A DNA stretch of 63,057 nt, filler included, from Folioceros fuciformis (lineage: Eukaryota): the NCBI GenBank assembly GCA_049999805.1. It is 7 parts of 7 records of this genome, joined end to end, with 100 filler letters (N's around TTAATTAATTAA, not from the genome) between each part and the next. Parts side by side here need not be neighbours in the genome. Positions count along the whole stretch, not along the records: positions 43,211 to 61,017 come from JBNGIO010002929.1; positions 61,118 to 63,057 come from JBNGIO010002953.1; 5 more parts are not named here. One strand, written 5' to 3'. The notes under the pieces are model-generated. The model ran no database searches. It was not told the origin of the DNA and saw only the letters and a program-made list of their open reading frames with translations. How positions within the stretch are numbered: position 1 is the first letter of the stretch; every line of letters begins with the position of its first letter. The position numbers and the translations under genes were made by a program. Below are positions 50,660 to 63,057 of this stretch, piece by piece.

Positions 50660-53600
50660 TGTAGGGTTATTAAAGCCCAATGTGCTAAGACTAATGTGTT
50701 TAGTCTAAGATTAGTGTCTAGTTAAGTATCATTAGTTTATATTAGCTTAAGCTAATCTGTAGGAAGCTTCTTGCGCAGCTTCCTGTTCACTTCTAGTGAA
50801 GCTTCCTAGGGAGCTCTTCTAGAGGGTATAAATACCCCCTTGAGTTCCCTTGCAATGAGACTCTGTGTGACAGTGTGACCTCTCTTTCTCCTCTCCTTCT
50901 CTCCTCCTTCACCATGTGGCTCCTCTAGAGATCCTTCAACTGGTATCAGAGCTGGTGTGGAGCAAGAGAGGGATGTAGCTGCTGCGGACGAGGTGGTGCG
51001 CAAGGCAACTATGAGGATGGCAACATCGGAGTGACCGGAAGTTTGTGTGTGGCATCTGGAGTGTAGGGTCTCAACCCCTTAGGCCAAGGAAGCGCGAAGC
51101 CGGAGTTGAGAGCTCGAGGTGTCGGGAGCGCGGGGCACCAGGAGGGTGCTGCCACGCCACTAGGGGCAGCTGCCCGGGGAGCCATCTGCACCAGGCGCCC
51201 AGGCCGCGGGGCAGCCTAGCCACGGGGGTTGCCATCCCGCACCGGGGCCCAACTTGCAGGTGCCTAGCCCCTGTGGGATGGGATGTCAACCCGCAGGGGT
51301 GCCAGGGCGCCAGCCCGGCCGTGGCCCCATGACCCTAGCCCAGGGCGCTGCCAAGGACACCCCCGGGCGGGGTGGTAGGCCGGGGCGCCTAACCCGGTTG
51401 CGCAGGCCGTTAGGCCGTCGGCGTAGGGGCGCCGCCAGCAACGCAACCAGGCCGCCAACGACGCGCCAGCTCGGACGCTAAACGCGAGTGCCAACGCCAA
51501 CGGGTGATGCGGACGAGGCCAACGAGCATCACGAACGCCGGGGTGCCGAAGCAAGGACGTCGCGAAAGTCGAGGTGCAAGTGACGCAAACGACGCGAGTG
51601 CGGGCTAGCTGGGATCCCGGCCACGAGGCGGCGAGATCTCAATCGGAGGATTAAGGCCCGTCGAGTCGGCTTGTGGACAGCCGATTCGGAACGACGTGTG
51701 AGAGTAACAAAATCTACATTTCATTTCAACCACTTTCTAACTAGCCTTTTGGTTGATTTGCATTGATTTTGAAACATGACGTCCTCAGAAAACATCATGT
51801 TCAATATCGAGAAATTAGATGGTACTAACTTCCCGTTCTGGAAAGAACAAGTGCATAATGTTCTAGTACAGAAGAAGCAGATCAAGCCCATCAAGTTGCT
51901 GGGAGTGAAACCTGTTAGCATGACTCAGGATGAGTGGCAGGATCTAGATGAGCTTGCTAGATCTACCATCATGCTAACATTGTCGAAGTCGGTCTACTTC
52001 AACGTGAAAGACAAGACCACAAGTTATGAGCTATGGCAAAAGTTGTGTGACCTGTACGAGAAGCAAAGTGCGGCTTCTTAGGTGTATTGGTTGAAACAGC
52101 TGGTGGACTTGAAGATGAAGGAAGGGACGAGGATGTCCGATCATCTGAATGAGTTCAATACCATTTCCAGCCAACTCTCAGCTCAAGGTATCTTGTTTCC
52201 AGATTCCATGAGAGCTATGTTTCTGTTGGTCACATTACCAGAGAGTTGGGACACGTTTCGTATAGCTCTGAGTAATTCTGCTTCGGCCAATGATCTTACC
52301 ATTGTAAATGTAGAAGGTAGCCTGTTAAGAAAAGAAGTGAACAGGAAGAATATGGAACCCTCAAAAGGTTCCAATGCCCTCATGGTGAGAGGAAGGTCCA
52401 GTTCAAAGAGGAAGTACAAGGAGCAAAGTCTTTCCCATAGTAAGTCTCGTAGTCGTAACAATGTTGAGTGTTACCATTGTCATAAGAAGGGTCACATCAG
52501 AAGGGACTGCGAGAAGTTCAAAAAGGACAAAGGAAAGGAGAAGAAGCGGAGCGACAACAAGGCAAGCTCAAGTATCAAGCCTGACGAGGTGAATTCTGTT
52601 GACGATGGAGATGTTCTTATCTCTTCTTCCTTTGATTCTATACAACTGACAGCCGTGGAGAGTCACTTATTCTCTAATTGGATAATTGACTCTGGAGCAT
52701 CTTTCTATGTTACTTCGCATATGGAGTGGTTTAGCACTTATGATGCTACTAGGAAAAGATGTGTTCGGCTTGGAAATAACTACGCATGCAAAATTGCAGG
52801 AGTTGGTGATGTGCAGCTGAAGTTCGACAACAAATCTTCACTCGTACTGAAGGATGTTAGGCATGTTTTGAGGTTGACGAAAAGCATGATTAGTGCAGGT
52901 TAGTTGGATGACGCTGGCTACCACTGTTAGTTTGGGGATCATTCTTGGAAGATCTCCAAAGGTTCTCTTGTGTTGGCTCGTGGATCGAAGTGTGGCACTT
53001 TGTACTCACTTCAGGTAACCACTATCAAGGATCATGTCATTTGTGTAACGGAATAGCCAAATGTTTCCTTATGGCATTGTCGGTTAGAACATATGTCTTA
53101 AAAAGGAATGAAGATCTTATCTCGTTTTGGTTACTTCCCTGCTTTTGACTTCTCCGATTTCTCCGTGTGTAAGCAGTGTTTGTATGGGAAATAGATGAAG
53201 TTACCACATGGAGCAAGAGGTAAACACAAAAGTAAACCTCTTGAATTGGTTCACAGTGACGTTTTTGGACCTATGCCCACTGTATCGTTAGGCGGTGCAT
53301 TCTATTTTGTCACTTTCATTGATGATTTCTCTCGCAAGGTGTGGGTTTATCCTTTGAGGAAAAAGGACAATGTTCTGAGAGTGTTTCAGAAATTCGTCAT
53401 CCTTGTGGAAAATCAGTCTTGCCTCCGACTGAAGTGTCTAAGGATAGACAATGGGGGAGAGTATGTGTCGAAGGCTTTCCAGTCATTCTGTGATTCCAAG
53501 GGAATCAATCAACCGCACAGGTTTATGTCAAACCTTGGCAGGAAGCATTGGGAGGCAATGAAAGGAGTTATGAGGTACTTGAATGGTACGAAAGCTTTGT

Positions 53601-54409
53601 GCTTATGTTTTGGTAGTGAAGATGCATCTGTAGTGGGATATACGAATGCTGATTATGCAAGGGATATGGACAAAAGGAGGTCCACATCAGGTTATGTCTT
53701 CATGTGCACTGGAGGGACAGTCTCATGACGATCTTGTTTGCAATCGTGCATGACACTATCTACCACAGAGGCTGAGTATGTTGCAGCGATTGAGGCTTGC
53801 AAGGAAGCCATGTGGCTTGCTCGTTTAATGGGAGATTTGGGGATCAAGGTTGAGCTGCCGGTGTTGCATTGTGATAGCCAGAGAGCTATCCAATTGGCAA
53901 TGAATCCAGTGTTTCATGCGAAGACCAAACATGTGGAAGTGAAGTATCACTTCATTCGAGAGGTGTTGGAAGACAAGAGGGTACAGCTTGTCAAAGTTCA
54001 TACTAGTCAGAACCCTGTAGATGTTCTTACCAAGGGGCTCTTTACGGAGCAATTCGCACAAGCTTAGACACTCATGGGCATGAGGTAGACCACTCTCCTA
54101 TGAAGGTAAATTGGCCTTTAAGTGGGAGGTTGTAGGGTTATTAAAGCCCAATGTGCTTAGACTAATGTGTTTAGTCTAAGATTAGTGTCTAGTTAAGTAT
54201 CATTAGTTTAGATTAGCTTAACCTAATCCGTAGGAAGCTTCTTGCGCAGCTTCCTATGCGCTTCTAGTGAAGCTTCCTAGAGAGCCCTTCTAGAGGGTAT
54301 AAATACCCCCTTGAGCTCCCTTGCAATGAGACTCTGTGTGAGAGTGTGACCTCTCTTTCTCCTCTCCTTCTCTCCTCCTTCACCATGTGGCTCCTCTAGA
54401 GATCCTTCA
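50660..54409 (+). mobile_element. Ty1/Copia element 6, internally deleted (non-autonomous)
   Basis: 279-bp LTRs 50660-50938 and 54131-54409; TSD TGCTT/TCCTT; PBS 50941-50952. gag IEKLDGTNF, CYHCHKKGHIRRDC; WIIDSGAS. INT jumps to the RT C-terminus at ~53510; RNase H present. Confidence 0.96.
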
Positions 54410-54537
54410 TCCTTTTCCGACTCAAGGGCCCGGTTGCGCTCCTTCCGATATCGGTCCCTGTTCGTAGCGTGCTGGCGACAAGCGACCAAGGAGTCCACGT
54501 CCTGCTTCTGCCATGCCTGCCACTCCCTGGCATGTAT

Positions 54538-57500
54538 TGTTAGAAATCAAGCTCTAACTGAATTGTTATTAAGAGCATACAACACTTAGGATAGTGTAGA
54601 TTATCCCATATTGAACTCGTAGTTATCTATCACCTAAGTGTTATCAGGATATATCAAGATACACTAGGATATTGCACCCTCGAGACTAAGGCTTACCTTA
54701 TCGAGGGTTGCCCCGCCTGAAGGCTATATATGTAGCATCCTGTGCACCATAAGTAAGGAATTGTGGAGTCCTTCTAGGCCTGTGGTGCTATTTCAACATG
54801 GAATCAGAGCCAGAGAGAGCGCCGGCGGCCATTGCAGCTATGGCGGGGGTTTGACTCAAGGCTATGGCCGTGAGCGTGAAGGTGGCTGGCAACGCAAGCC
54901 ATTGAGAGGCGCAGGAGGCGCAGCGGAGTAGGCAGCATAGGAAGCCGCAACAGGCGCTATAGGCGCAAGAGCGAGCGAGAGGCGCGAGAGTGTTGGTGCG
55001 TAAAGGAGCCTGAATTATGGCTAATGTGCAGGGATCAAACAATATCTCTCAGGTCGTGGGAGAGAAGTTGGATAACAAGAATTTTGCTTTGTGGAAGTTC
55101 AGGATGAAGAACTTCTTGGTAGGTAGAAGCTGTTAGGACCTCTGCACAGGTGATGAGAGTGAACCAGAGATGGATCGTACTCCATCACAGGAGCAAAAGA
55201 CTGCTCACAAGGATTGGACTGAGAGAGCATGTAAAGTGTTACACTGGCTCTCCTTAAGCATTTCAGATGCTATGGTCATACAGATCACGGGATGTGAGTC
55301 TCCGAAGGATGCATGGGACATACTCATGAGGAACTATGGAAATGTCACACATGCTAGGAAAATCCAGTTGAAGCAGCAGTTCAACAACTTGTCACGAGGT
55401 AGCAGATCCATACTTGTGTATACAACAGAGGTGAAGACCATAGCTGATCAGCTTGCTACAATCGGTGCAAGTGTGACGGAAGATGACATGGTTGCAGTTA
55501 CTCTGAACGGACTTGGCAAGGAGTACGAGTCCTTTGACACATCAATCTCTGTGAGAGTTGAGTTCCCAAGTTGGGATGAATTGGTTGCTTTGTTGCTACA
55601 TGAGGAAGTTAAGCTTGGTATGAACACAGGTTCAGGTATATCTCAAGGGAGAGACACTGTTTTGTTTTCTAACCAGCGTGGGAGAGGCCACAGAGGTCAT
55701 GGTTCATTCCGAGGACGGGGTGATGCTTGGAACAAACAGAATCAGCAAGACAATTGGCATGGAGGAAATGCGCAAGGCTAGAGAGAATCTGGAAGTTTTA
55801 GAGGCGCAGGTAGAGCCACAAGAGGAAGAGATGGTTCTTTTCAATCTCATGACAATTCCAATAGAGACAAGGAGTGTTACTACTGTGGTAAGGTTGGTCA
55901 TTAGGGTTTAGGGTTTTAGGGTACTGCTAAGGACTGCTATAAGCAGCAAGCAGACATGAGAGGAAAAGGAAGGCAGCATGGGAACTATGCCTCCTCTAGT
56001 AATGCTAGAAATGACCAGGATAGGTTGTTCGCCATGCAACATCTCTCTGAACAGGATGGGCAGAATGATGAGAGATGGTACATTGATTCAGGAGCATCAA
56101 ACCACATGACTCCGCATGGCGAGTGGTTTAACAAGATGGATGCAGGTCCCCATGGTCATGTGTGTACAGGAGATGCCACACAACATGACATAAAGCATAG
56201 AGGAATTGTTCCTCTTAGGATGCCGAATGGTCAGTAGAAGAGTCTGCAAGATGTGTTGCATGTTCCAACCATTACGAAGAACCTGTTGTCTGTTGGACAG
56301 ATGGCTGAACAAAATCTGCAAGTTTGATTCGGTAAAGATGGATGCTTTATTGAAGAATATGACAGAGGGCACAAACTGATTGCTAAAGGTAGTAGGTATG
56401 GACAGATGTTCACTCTGGATGCATCCATTCCAGAGCTAAATGCAGCAATGTTTGCAAATGATGCAGGTGCCATACGTGATGTTGAAATATGGCATAAGAG
56501 GATTGGGCATGTGAACATAGAGAAGCTGAAATCTATGCAACAGAAAAGCGTGGTGGAAGGATTGCCCAAGTTCAAGTATGTTGATCTTGGTCATGTGTGT
56601 TCTGCATGTCAATTTGGAAAATAGTCAAGGTTTCCATTTGTGCGACACGTGCAGAACAGCTCGAGACCTTTGCAATTGATACACTTTGATGTATGGGGTC
56701 CTTCACAGAATGCATCGTTTGGAGGAGCCCACTACTATGTCTCCTTCATTGATGATTTCAGCAGGTACACGTGGCTGTACATACTGAAGCATAAGAAAGA
56801 AGTGTTCGAGTCTTTCAAGGACTTCAAAAAGCATGCTGAAACTGAATTCAACTGCTCCATCTCTTGTCTAAGATCAGATGGAAGGGGAGAATATGTCTCA
56901 AATGAGTTTGACGGGTATCTTGCAGATCATGGTATACGAAGACAGCTGACTTGCAGATACACACCACAGCAGAATGGTGTTGCAGAGAGGAAGAACAGGG
57001 TAGTCATGGAAACAGCAAGGGCAATGCTGAATGAGAAGTACTTACCTAATGATTATTTGGCAGAAGCAGTGATGACAGCAGTGTATGTACTGAATCGAAC
57101 TCCTACGGCAGGAATTCATGATGCTTGAGAGACTGTATGGCTATAAGCCGGATATTAGGCACTTGAAAGTGTTTGGGTGCATTGCATAGGTGCATGTACC
57201 TGATGAGAAGCGTAGGAAGCTGGATCCTAAAGCAGTGAAGAGTGTTTTTCTGGGGTATGCACGAAATAGGAAGGCATATAAGTGTTATGTGTCATCCACA
57301 CATGAGATCCTGATAAGCAGGGATGTGGTATTTGATGAGTTAGTCTCCTGGTATAGCAACTCAATTGCACTACCCTATGACGAACCCATATGGGAGAGTA
57401 CTGTTAAGAGTACTCCAGCAAAGAGTGAGGATGTGACCAATGGTGGATCACCAACGGTGAATCCATGGTCTGGACGACTGCAAAATGGTAAACCGAAGAC

Positions 57501-59585
57501 CACTGACCCGGATATGTCAGTGAGGGGGAGAGTAGAAAACAGCAAAACTAGAAATGAGGGATATGAATCCTCAAGTAGTGAGAGCATTGACAATGAGTTT
57601 GGCATTCCGTGTGTGGAAACGCCAAGTGCTAAGGAGCAACAGTATGCAAGGCAGGTTCAAAATGAACCAAGACCAAGGAGATCTGAAGGGTTAGGAAACC
57701 CATTGACAGGTACACCTATACAAGCTACAATGCGCAACATTATGCGTATATGACAAGGGTCACAGCTTGTAAGGAGCCAACCAAGTTTGCTGAGGCAGTG
57801 ACAGATAAGTGGTGTCAAGCCATGGATGAAGAATACTCAGCATTAGTTGAGAACGGAACGTGGGATTTGGTTCAATTGCCTGATGGCAAGGTTCCTATTG
57901 GTTCTTCGTGGGTGTACAAGCTGAAGTTCAAGTCAGATGGAACGCTGGAGCGTTACAAGGCCAAAGGGATATGCACAATAATGCAAAGGGATATGCACAA
58001 CAGTATGGTCTTGATTATGAGGAAACCTTTAGTCCAGTAGCCAAGATGACAACTGTAAGGACAGTCATAGCATTAGCAGCAGCTAAAGGATGGAAGTTAT
58101 GGCAAAGGGATGTCAAGAATGCCTTCTTGAATGGTGAGTTGCAGGAGGAAGTGTACGTGGAACAGCCTGAAGTCTACGTTCATCCTAAGTTTCCAACATA
58201 CGTCTACAAACTGAAGAAGGCATTGTATGGTCTCAAACAGGCACCTAGAGCATGGAATGCTCGTATCACAAGCTATTTGAAGGAAAGAGGGTTTGTGATT
58301 GGAGACGCACATCACAGTCTGTTTGTAAAACAGACCAAGGTAGGACAAGTGTGTCTTGTCCTTTATGTTGACGACTTGATCATCACAGGAGATGATGCAG
58401 ATGGTATTGCAGATGTCAAGGCAAATCTGCAAAAAGAGTTCAAGGTGAAGGATCTTGGTGAACTCAGATACTTCTTAGGGATTGAGGTTGTGTCTACACC
58501 TCAAGGAATCTGGCTATTCCAAAAACAATATGCTAAGGATATGTTGCAAAAGTATGGCATGGCAGATTGCAAAGCGATGGATACACCATTGGAGCAGAAC
58601 TTCAAGCTGCAAATGGATGTAGGAGCTGAGCTGGAAAATGTGACTATGTATCAACAGATGGTCGGAAGTTTGATCTACTTGACTATCACACATCTTAACT
58701 TAAGTTATGCAGTGGGACTGATTAATCAATTCATGCAGAACCCAAGGAAACCGCACTTGGATGCAATTAGAAGAATCATGAGATATGTGAAAGGAACTAC
58801 TGAGTTTGGATTGCTCTATGAGCATAGGAAGCATCTTGAACTGACAGGATATACAGATGCTGATTGGGCTGGTTGTGCGTATGACAGAAGATCAACCAGT
58901 GGATATGCATTCAGTCTGGGAAGTAGTATGATCCGCTGGCAAAGCAAGAAACAACCGACAGTTGCTTTGTCAAGCACAGAAGCAAAGTATCGAGGAGCTG
59001 CAATGACAGCCTGTGAAGCAGCTTGGCTGCAGAAGTTGCTATATGATCTTGGAAATATAGTGAACAGCAAGGTTACAATCTACTGTGACAACATGAGTAG
59101 CATTAGGTTGGCTACTAATCCTGTGTTTCATGCTCGTTCGAAGCACATAGAAGTACATTATCATTTCATTAGGGAAGCGGTATTATCTGAGAAGATAGAT
59201 CTTCGGCACGTGAAGACCGAAGATCAGGTAGCAGATATCTTTACTAAGTCGCTAGGTAGAGATAAGTTCTTACACTTTCGTGAACTACTTGGAGTGTTAC
59301 AAATAGTCTGAGCTTGAGGGAGAGTGTTAGAAATCAAGCTCTAACTGAATTGTTATTAAGAGCATACAACACTTAGGATAGTGTAAATTATCCCATATTG
59401 AACTCGTAGTTATCTATTACCTAAGTGTTATCAGGATATATCAGGATATACTAGGATATTGCACCCTCGAGACTAAGGCTTACCTTATCGAGGGTTGCCC
59501 CGCCTGAAGGCTATATATGTAGCATCCTGTGCACCATAAGTAAGGAATTGTGGAGTCCTTCTAGGCCTATGGTGCTATTTCAACA
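54538..59585 (+). mobile_element. Ty1/Copia element 7, full length, decayed
   Basis: 261-bp LTRs 54538-54798 and 59325-59585 (~5 transitions by eye); perfect TSD TGTAT; PBS TGGAATCAGAGC; PPT GAGGGAGAG. gag-PR-INT-RT-RNase H with several stops and frameshifts. Confidence 0.97.
55901..55921 (+). repeat. Interstitial telomeric repeat insertion TTAGGG-TTTAGGG-TTTTAGGG
   Basis: Splits the His codon of the zinc knuckle CYYCGKVGH-TAKDC. Confidence 0.88.
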
Positions 59586-61164
59586 TGTATGGCCTCCATC
59601 TTGAAGTGCGTCCTCTCCTACTCACCCTAAGCGGCTTTGAGTTGGTTCTCCAGGTCCGTGTGCCGCCTAGCGAGTTGGGCCTTAAGGTTCATGAGTTCCG
59701 GCAGGTAGCCATCCCGCTCTTCTCAATACCTGGCTGACTCTTTTAGCAGCTCGGTACTATGTCCGGCTGCCTTCTCTTTGAGGTCAGATAACTGAGTAGC
59801 AAGCTCAGTCATTCTTCTTTGGAGGGCAATGTTTTCGCCTTCTCGTGCCGCCACTTGCCTGGAGGACCATGAGAGTCCTTCTGCCACGCTAGCCACAATT
59901 CCTTGGGCTACTTGGGTAGCTCCCTCCGAGGTCACTCCGATGTAAAACCGGTAGTTAGCAGGTAACTTGTCCCTCCCAAAAGACGTCCACATTGCCCTCC
60001 TCATGGGCTCTGGGTCTGTGATGCCTCCATCGATCAAATCCTCCAGGACGATTGATTGTGGGAGGGCTTTCCTGCGGTCCTCCTAATCCTAGGCCAGAGT
60101 AGGAGTCGGGCAAGGAGCCGGAGGTGGGATCACTTCGGCGGGAGGTGGACTAGGCGAGCGTGGTCCCTTCCCCTTCTTTCGGCCTCTGGGTGAAAGAGGT
60201 TGTTTGACAACGGAAGGTCCGATGCCAGGCTTCTTGTTGTAGTCTAGCTGAGCCACCAAGCGGACTAGCTCCATCCAGTTCGCCTCTTCTCGAGTCTTAG
60301 GCGCAGGGCCGGTAGGTACCACAGGAACTAGGAGGTCTTCTAACTCCGGACTAGAAGGGGGCGCTCCGGATGGGAATCCTCCTTCCTGTAGTCGACATTG
60401 CTTGAGTTGTCGTTCCTTGGGCTGGGGTCCCTAAGCTGGCGGAGCTTCCGACTTCTGCTTTCTGGGGGCGAGGGGTGGGGGAGTTGGTTGCCGAGGTCAT
60501 AGGGGAGTCCAAGTCCATAGTCCGAGTCCGAGTCCATAGGTGATCCATCTTGGTCACGAGTAGCCAGTTGACGATAAGCTTGGCTACTCTTCGAATTCTT
60601 GGGTCCAGGATGTCTTGGATTAACCACCCTTTGGTGGTCTTTGCGGAGTCTGCCTACAGGAATGCCGTAGTAGCCTCCTTGACTTTGTCCTTGCTATGCT
60701 GTGAGTTGAGGTAGAGACCTCCGCGCTCCTTCGATGGTCACCGGGTAAACCTCCCTCATCATTTGCACTGTCTAGAGTGTGGGGTTGTCCCGGACTTTGG
60801 CTGAGGCAGCTTTCCCACAAGCGCAAGCTAGCAGGGTCTTAGCAAACTCCCTGACAGTGGCAAGGGAATTGATGCCCCAAGGAAACTAGAAGATGCTGAG
60901 CTCCCATTGCTCCACCAAGTCGTTGGCTGCAGTAATCCAGGGGGGCCAAATTGGGATAGGACTTGGTCTGTGACATGTTCGCGTGAGCGTGGAGAAGAGG
61001 ATTAGATTCTAGAAGAANNNNNNNNNNNNNNNNNNNNNNNNNNNNNNNNNNNNNNNNNNNNTTAATTAATTAANNNNNNNNNNNNNNNNNNNNNNNNNNN
61101 NNNNNNNNNNNNNNNNNTCCTACTGGAGAGGGGAATCAAGCGCGGGATGGAGAGGAAGGCCTCT

Positions 61165-62375
61165 TGTGGAGTGATTTCTTGCACCCAAGAACCACCCAAG
61201 GGACCACACATTCCCCTATTGTCGTTGCAGTCCTATGGTTCGCTCCCAAGGGAGTGAACTAGTGCCAAGGAACACTACCTATCACACTTCTACCTATCAG
61301 CCGGTCTATAGGTCTGTCCATACACTCACAACAAAAGGGCTAGAAGCCTAGCCTACCCCCTAAGTCAGCTCACCCAACTCACACTCCTGTTCTTCAGTCC
61401 TCCAGCTCTTCTTGATCCCCACTTCAGCCCCTTCCTTTTCACTTCAGTCCTTCACCCTCCACTTCAACACACACTCCTACTCTTCAGGAGCTCACTCTTC
61501 ACTTCTATGCATTACACTCCAACTCTTCCTCTCTTTTCTTCAGCTCTCCCCCCTGGAAATTAGGGCACAATGGCTTCACTTCTTGCAGCCCTCAAGCATA
61601 GTGTGGATCTAGGACTGGATAGCCCTTCAGCTCACGATCTTGTTCCTTCACTTCAGCCAACCTGCGATTCATGTAGCCCTTGCGGATCCGGCCTCACGGA
61701 TCCTGACAGCCCCGGGATCCCCACGTTCCCCTAGTGGCAAGGGGAATCAGGACTTTGGGTCGACCTCAACCGGCTCAGCGCCCTAAGCCAGGAGTTCTAC
61801 CCACAAAATCCGGGGACCTCACACCATAGACCGCCCCCTTCTCAATGGCAGGCCTCCCCTCTTGTACTGCCTAGCCCTCATCTCTGTCTACTAGGGTTAA
61901 CTTGAGTCAACTACCTAACCATCTCTCTCTCTGACTTCAACCATCCTACATCCAGTCCTGACGTAAACCTAATCTAGGCCTGACCTAGACCTAATCTAGG
62001 CCTGACCTAGACCTAATCCAGGCCTGACCTAGACCTAATCTAGGCCTGACCTAGACCTAATCTAGACCTGACCTAGACCTAATCTAGACCTGACCTAGAC
62101 ATAATCCAGGCATGACCTAAACCTAATCTAGGCCTGACCTAAAACTAACCAGACCTAAATATAGTCAGGCCTAGTTCTGATCGCAACTTAACCCAAGCCT
62201 TACTCTAACCTGCACCTAATTGCCCGTTACCCCCTTGGACACCGCTGGTTGCCCTCTATCCAACATTGTCAGCCTCTCACAACTAGCAAGAATCCGGAGT
62301 GCTCCTCAACACTCTCCTCTCCTCCCTCAGATCCTCGGAGGCCTTTCCCTCGAATCATCCTGCAACCCTTCAAGC
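61165..62375 (+). mobile_element. Family-A-related LTR (diverged subfamily); right end uncertain
   Basis: Starts TGTGGAGTGATTTCTTGCAC like 25821 and stays colinear to ~62375. Confidence 0.75.
61968..62143 (+). repeat. 22-bp minisatellite, 8 copies (CCTAATCTAGGCCTGACCTAGA)
   Basis: Counted directly in the sequence; no spacers between units. Confidence 0.92.
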
Positions 62376-63057
62376 CTCCACCTTCCTCTTATCGTCTACT
62401 CCCCATCCTGCTGGCCAAGGAGGCCCCATGGTCCAGCCCAGTTACCCGTCTGATGCCCTTGAGGAGCAGCCTTGTTCCCACCATCTGGCTCTCCACCTGT
62501 GAGTAGTACGTCTGTATTCAGATCTTCCGCCTGCGAGCAACGCTGCTCGTCGGCGGACAGCCAAATGTTAGTTATGTCCTCTGGCTGCCCGTAGGGGAGG
62601 TGCGTTGCTCTGGTCCCAATCTAGTTGCAGAAGTAGCCATACATGGTTCACGAGGCATTCGGTGCTACCCAGGTTGACTGCTCCAAAGGCCCATAGCAAC
62701 ATTGATGCCTCCTTCCCTGGAGCCACGAACCTCCTCCCAATTGCCCCTCTTGGCTCAGCTCCTTGAGAAAGGGCCACCTGCTTGGATCTTGTGCCTGGCC
62801 CTTTCTCATTTGGCCAATCCACCTTCCTTGATCCACCACAGACTCACTTGGAGCGTCGGGCGCCTGGACGCTAGCGCCCACCTCTGATCCGCTTGGAGGA
62901 CTCGACCGCCCCAGCTTGCCTCCAGCCTGCCTCAATTCCGTTAAGCACGATTCTGCACGTCTTGGCTCCACCTACTTGCCTGGATTTTGCGGGCAACCCG
63001 CCTGCTAGCCGACCTCCTACCTGCTGGATTTCATCAGCCTATCCGTGTCGCGAGGTA

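Larger units (their letters stand above)
47309..61017 (-). mobile_element. Family-C element copy 2 with a decayed long coiled-coil ORF; host of Copia elements 6 and 7
   Basis: Terminus TGTGGGGGAAAATATT at 47309. Minus-strand E/Q/R/K-rich ORF pieces at 60627-59591, 54532-54415, 50654-50629 and ~50090-48940 read across the Copia TSDs. Continuity across 50093-50628 is uncertain. Confidence 0.55.

Noticed and set aside
61968-62143. Regular 22-bp repeats as a possible CRISPR array
   Set aside because: Units are contiguous with no unique spacers, and the context is a eukaryotic LTR.
62376-63057. Short ORFs at the window end
   Set aside because: Fragmented, low-complexity and without recognisable motifs; probably decayed repeat sequence.

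Overview
Eukaryotic, streptophyte-plant-like genomic DNA, assembled from about seven contigs joined by six artificial 100-nt N/TTAATTAATTAA linkers. The only intact host gene is a full-size ABCG (PDR-type) ABC transporter at about 3891-11010 (+), with about 23 coding exons. Upstream of it lie a Copia RT/RNase H remnant and a decayed MULE-transposase-like (SWIM-family) ORF. From about 12.3 kb to the end the window is a nest of LTR retrotransposons: at least seven Ty1/Copia copies (three with both LTRs and TSDs), solo LTRs, large LTR-like repeats with TGTGG termini, and one decayed Ty3/Gypsy. Highlights: (1) the Gypsy carries a DNMT3-like C5 cytosine methyltransferase between protease and RT, and a PHD finger after integrase; (2) two Copia copies share a conserved ~190-200 aa extra ORF between the PBS and gag, each ending exactly 9 nt before the gag ATG; (3) a 21-bp telomeric-repeat insertion splits a gag zinc knuckle; (4) a 307-bp LTR-end/flank junction is duplicated in inverted orientation. 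All homologies were recognised by eye or from memory, not by database search.
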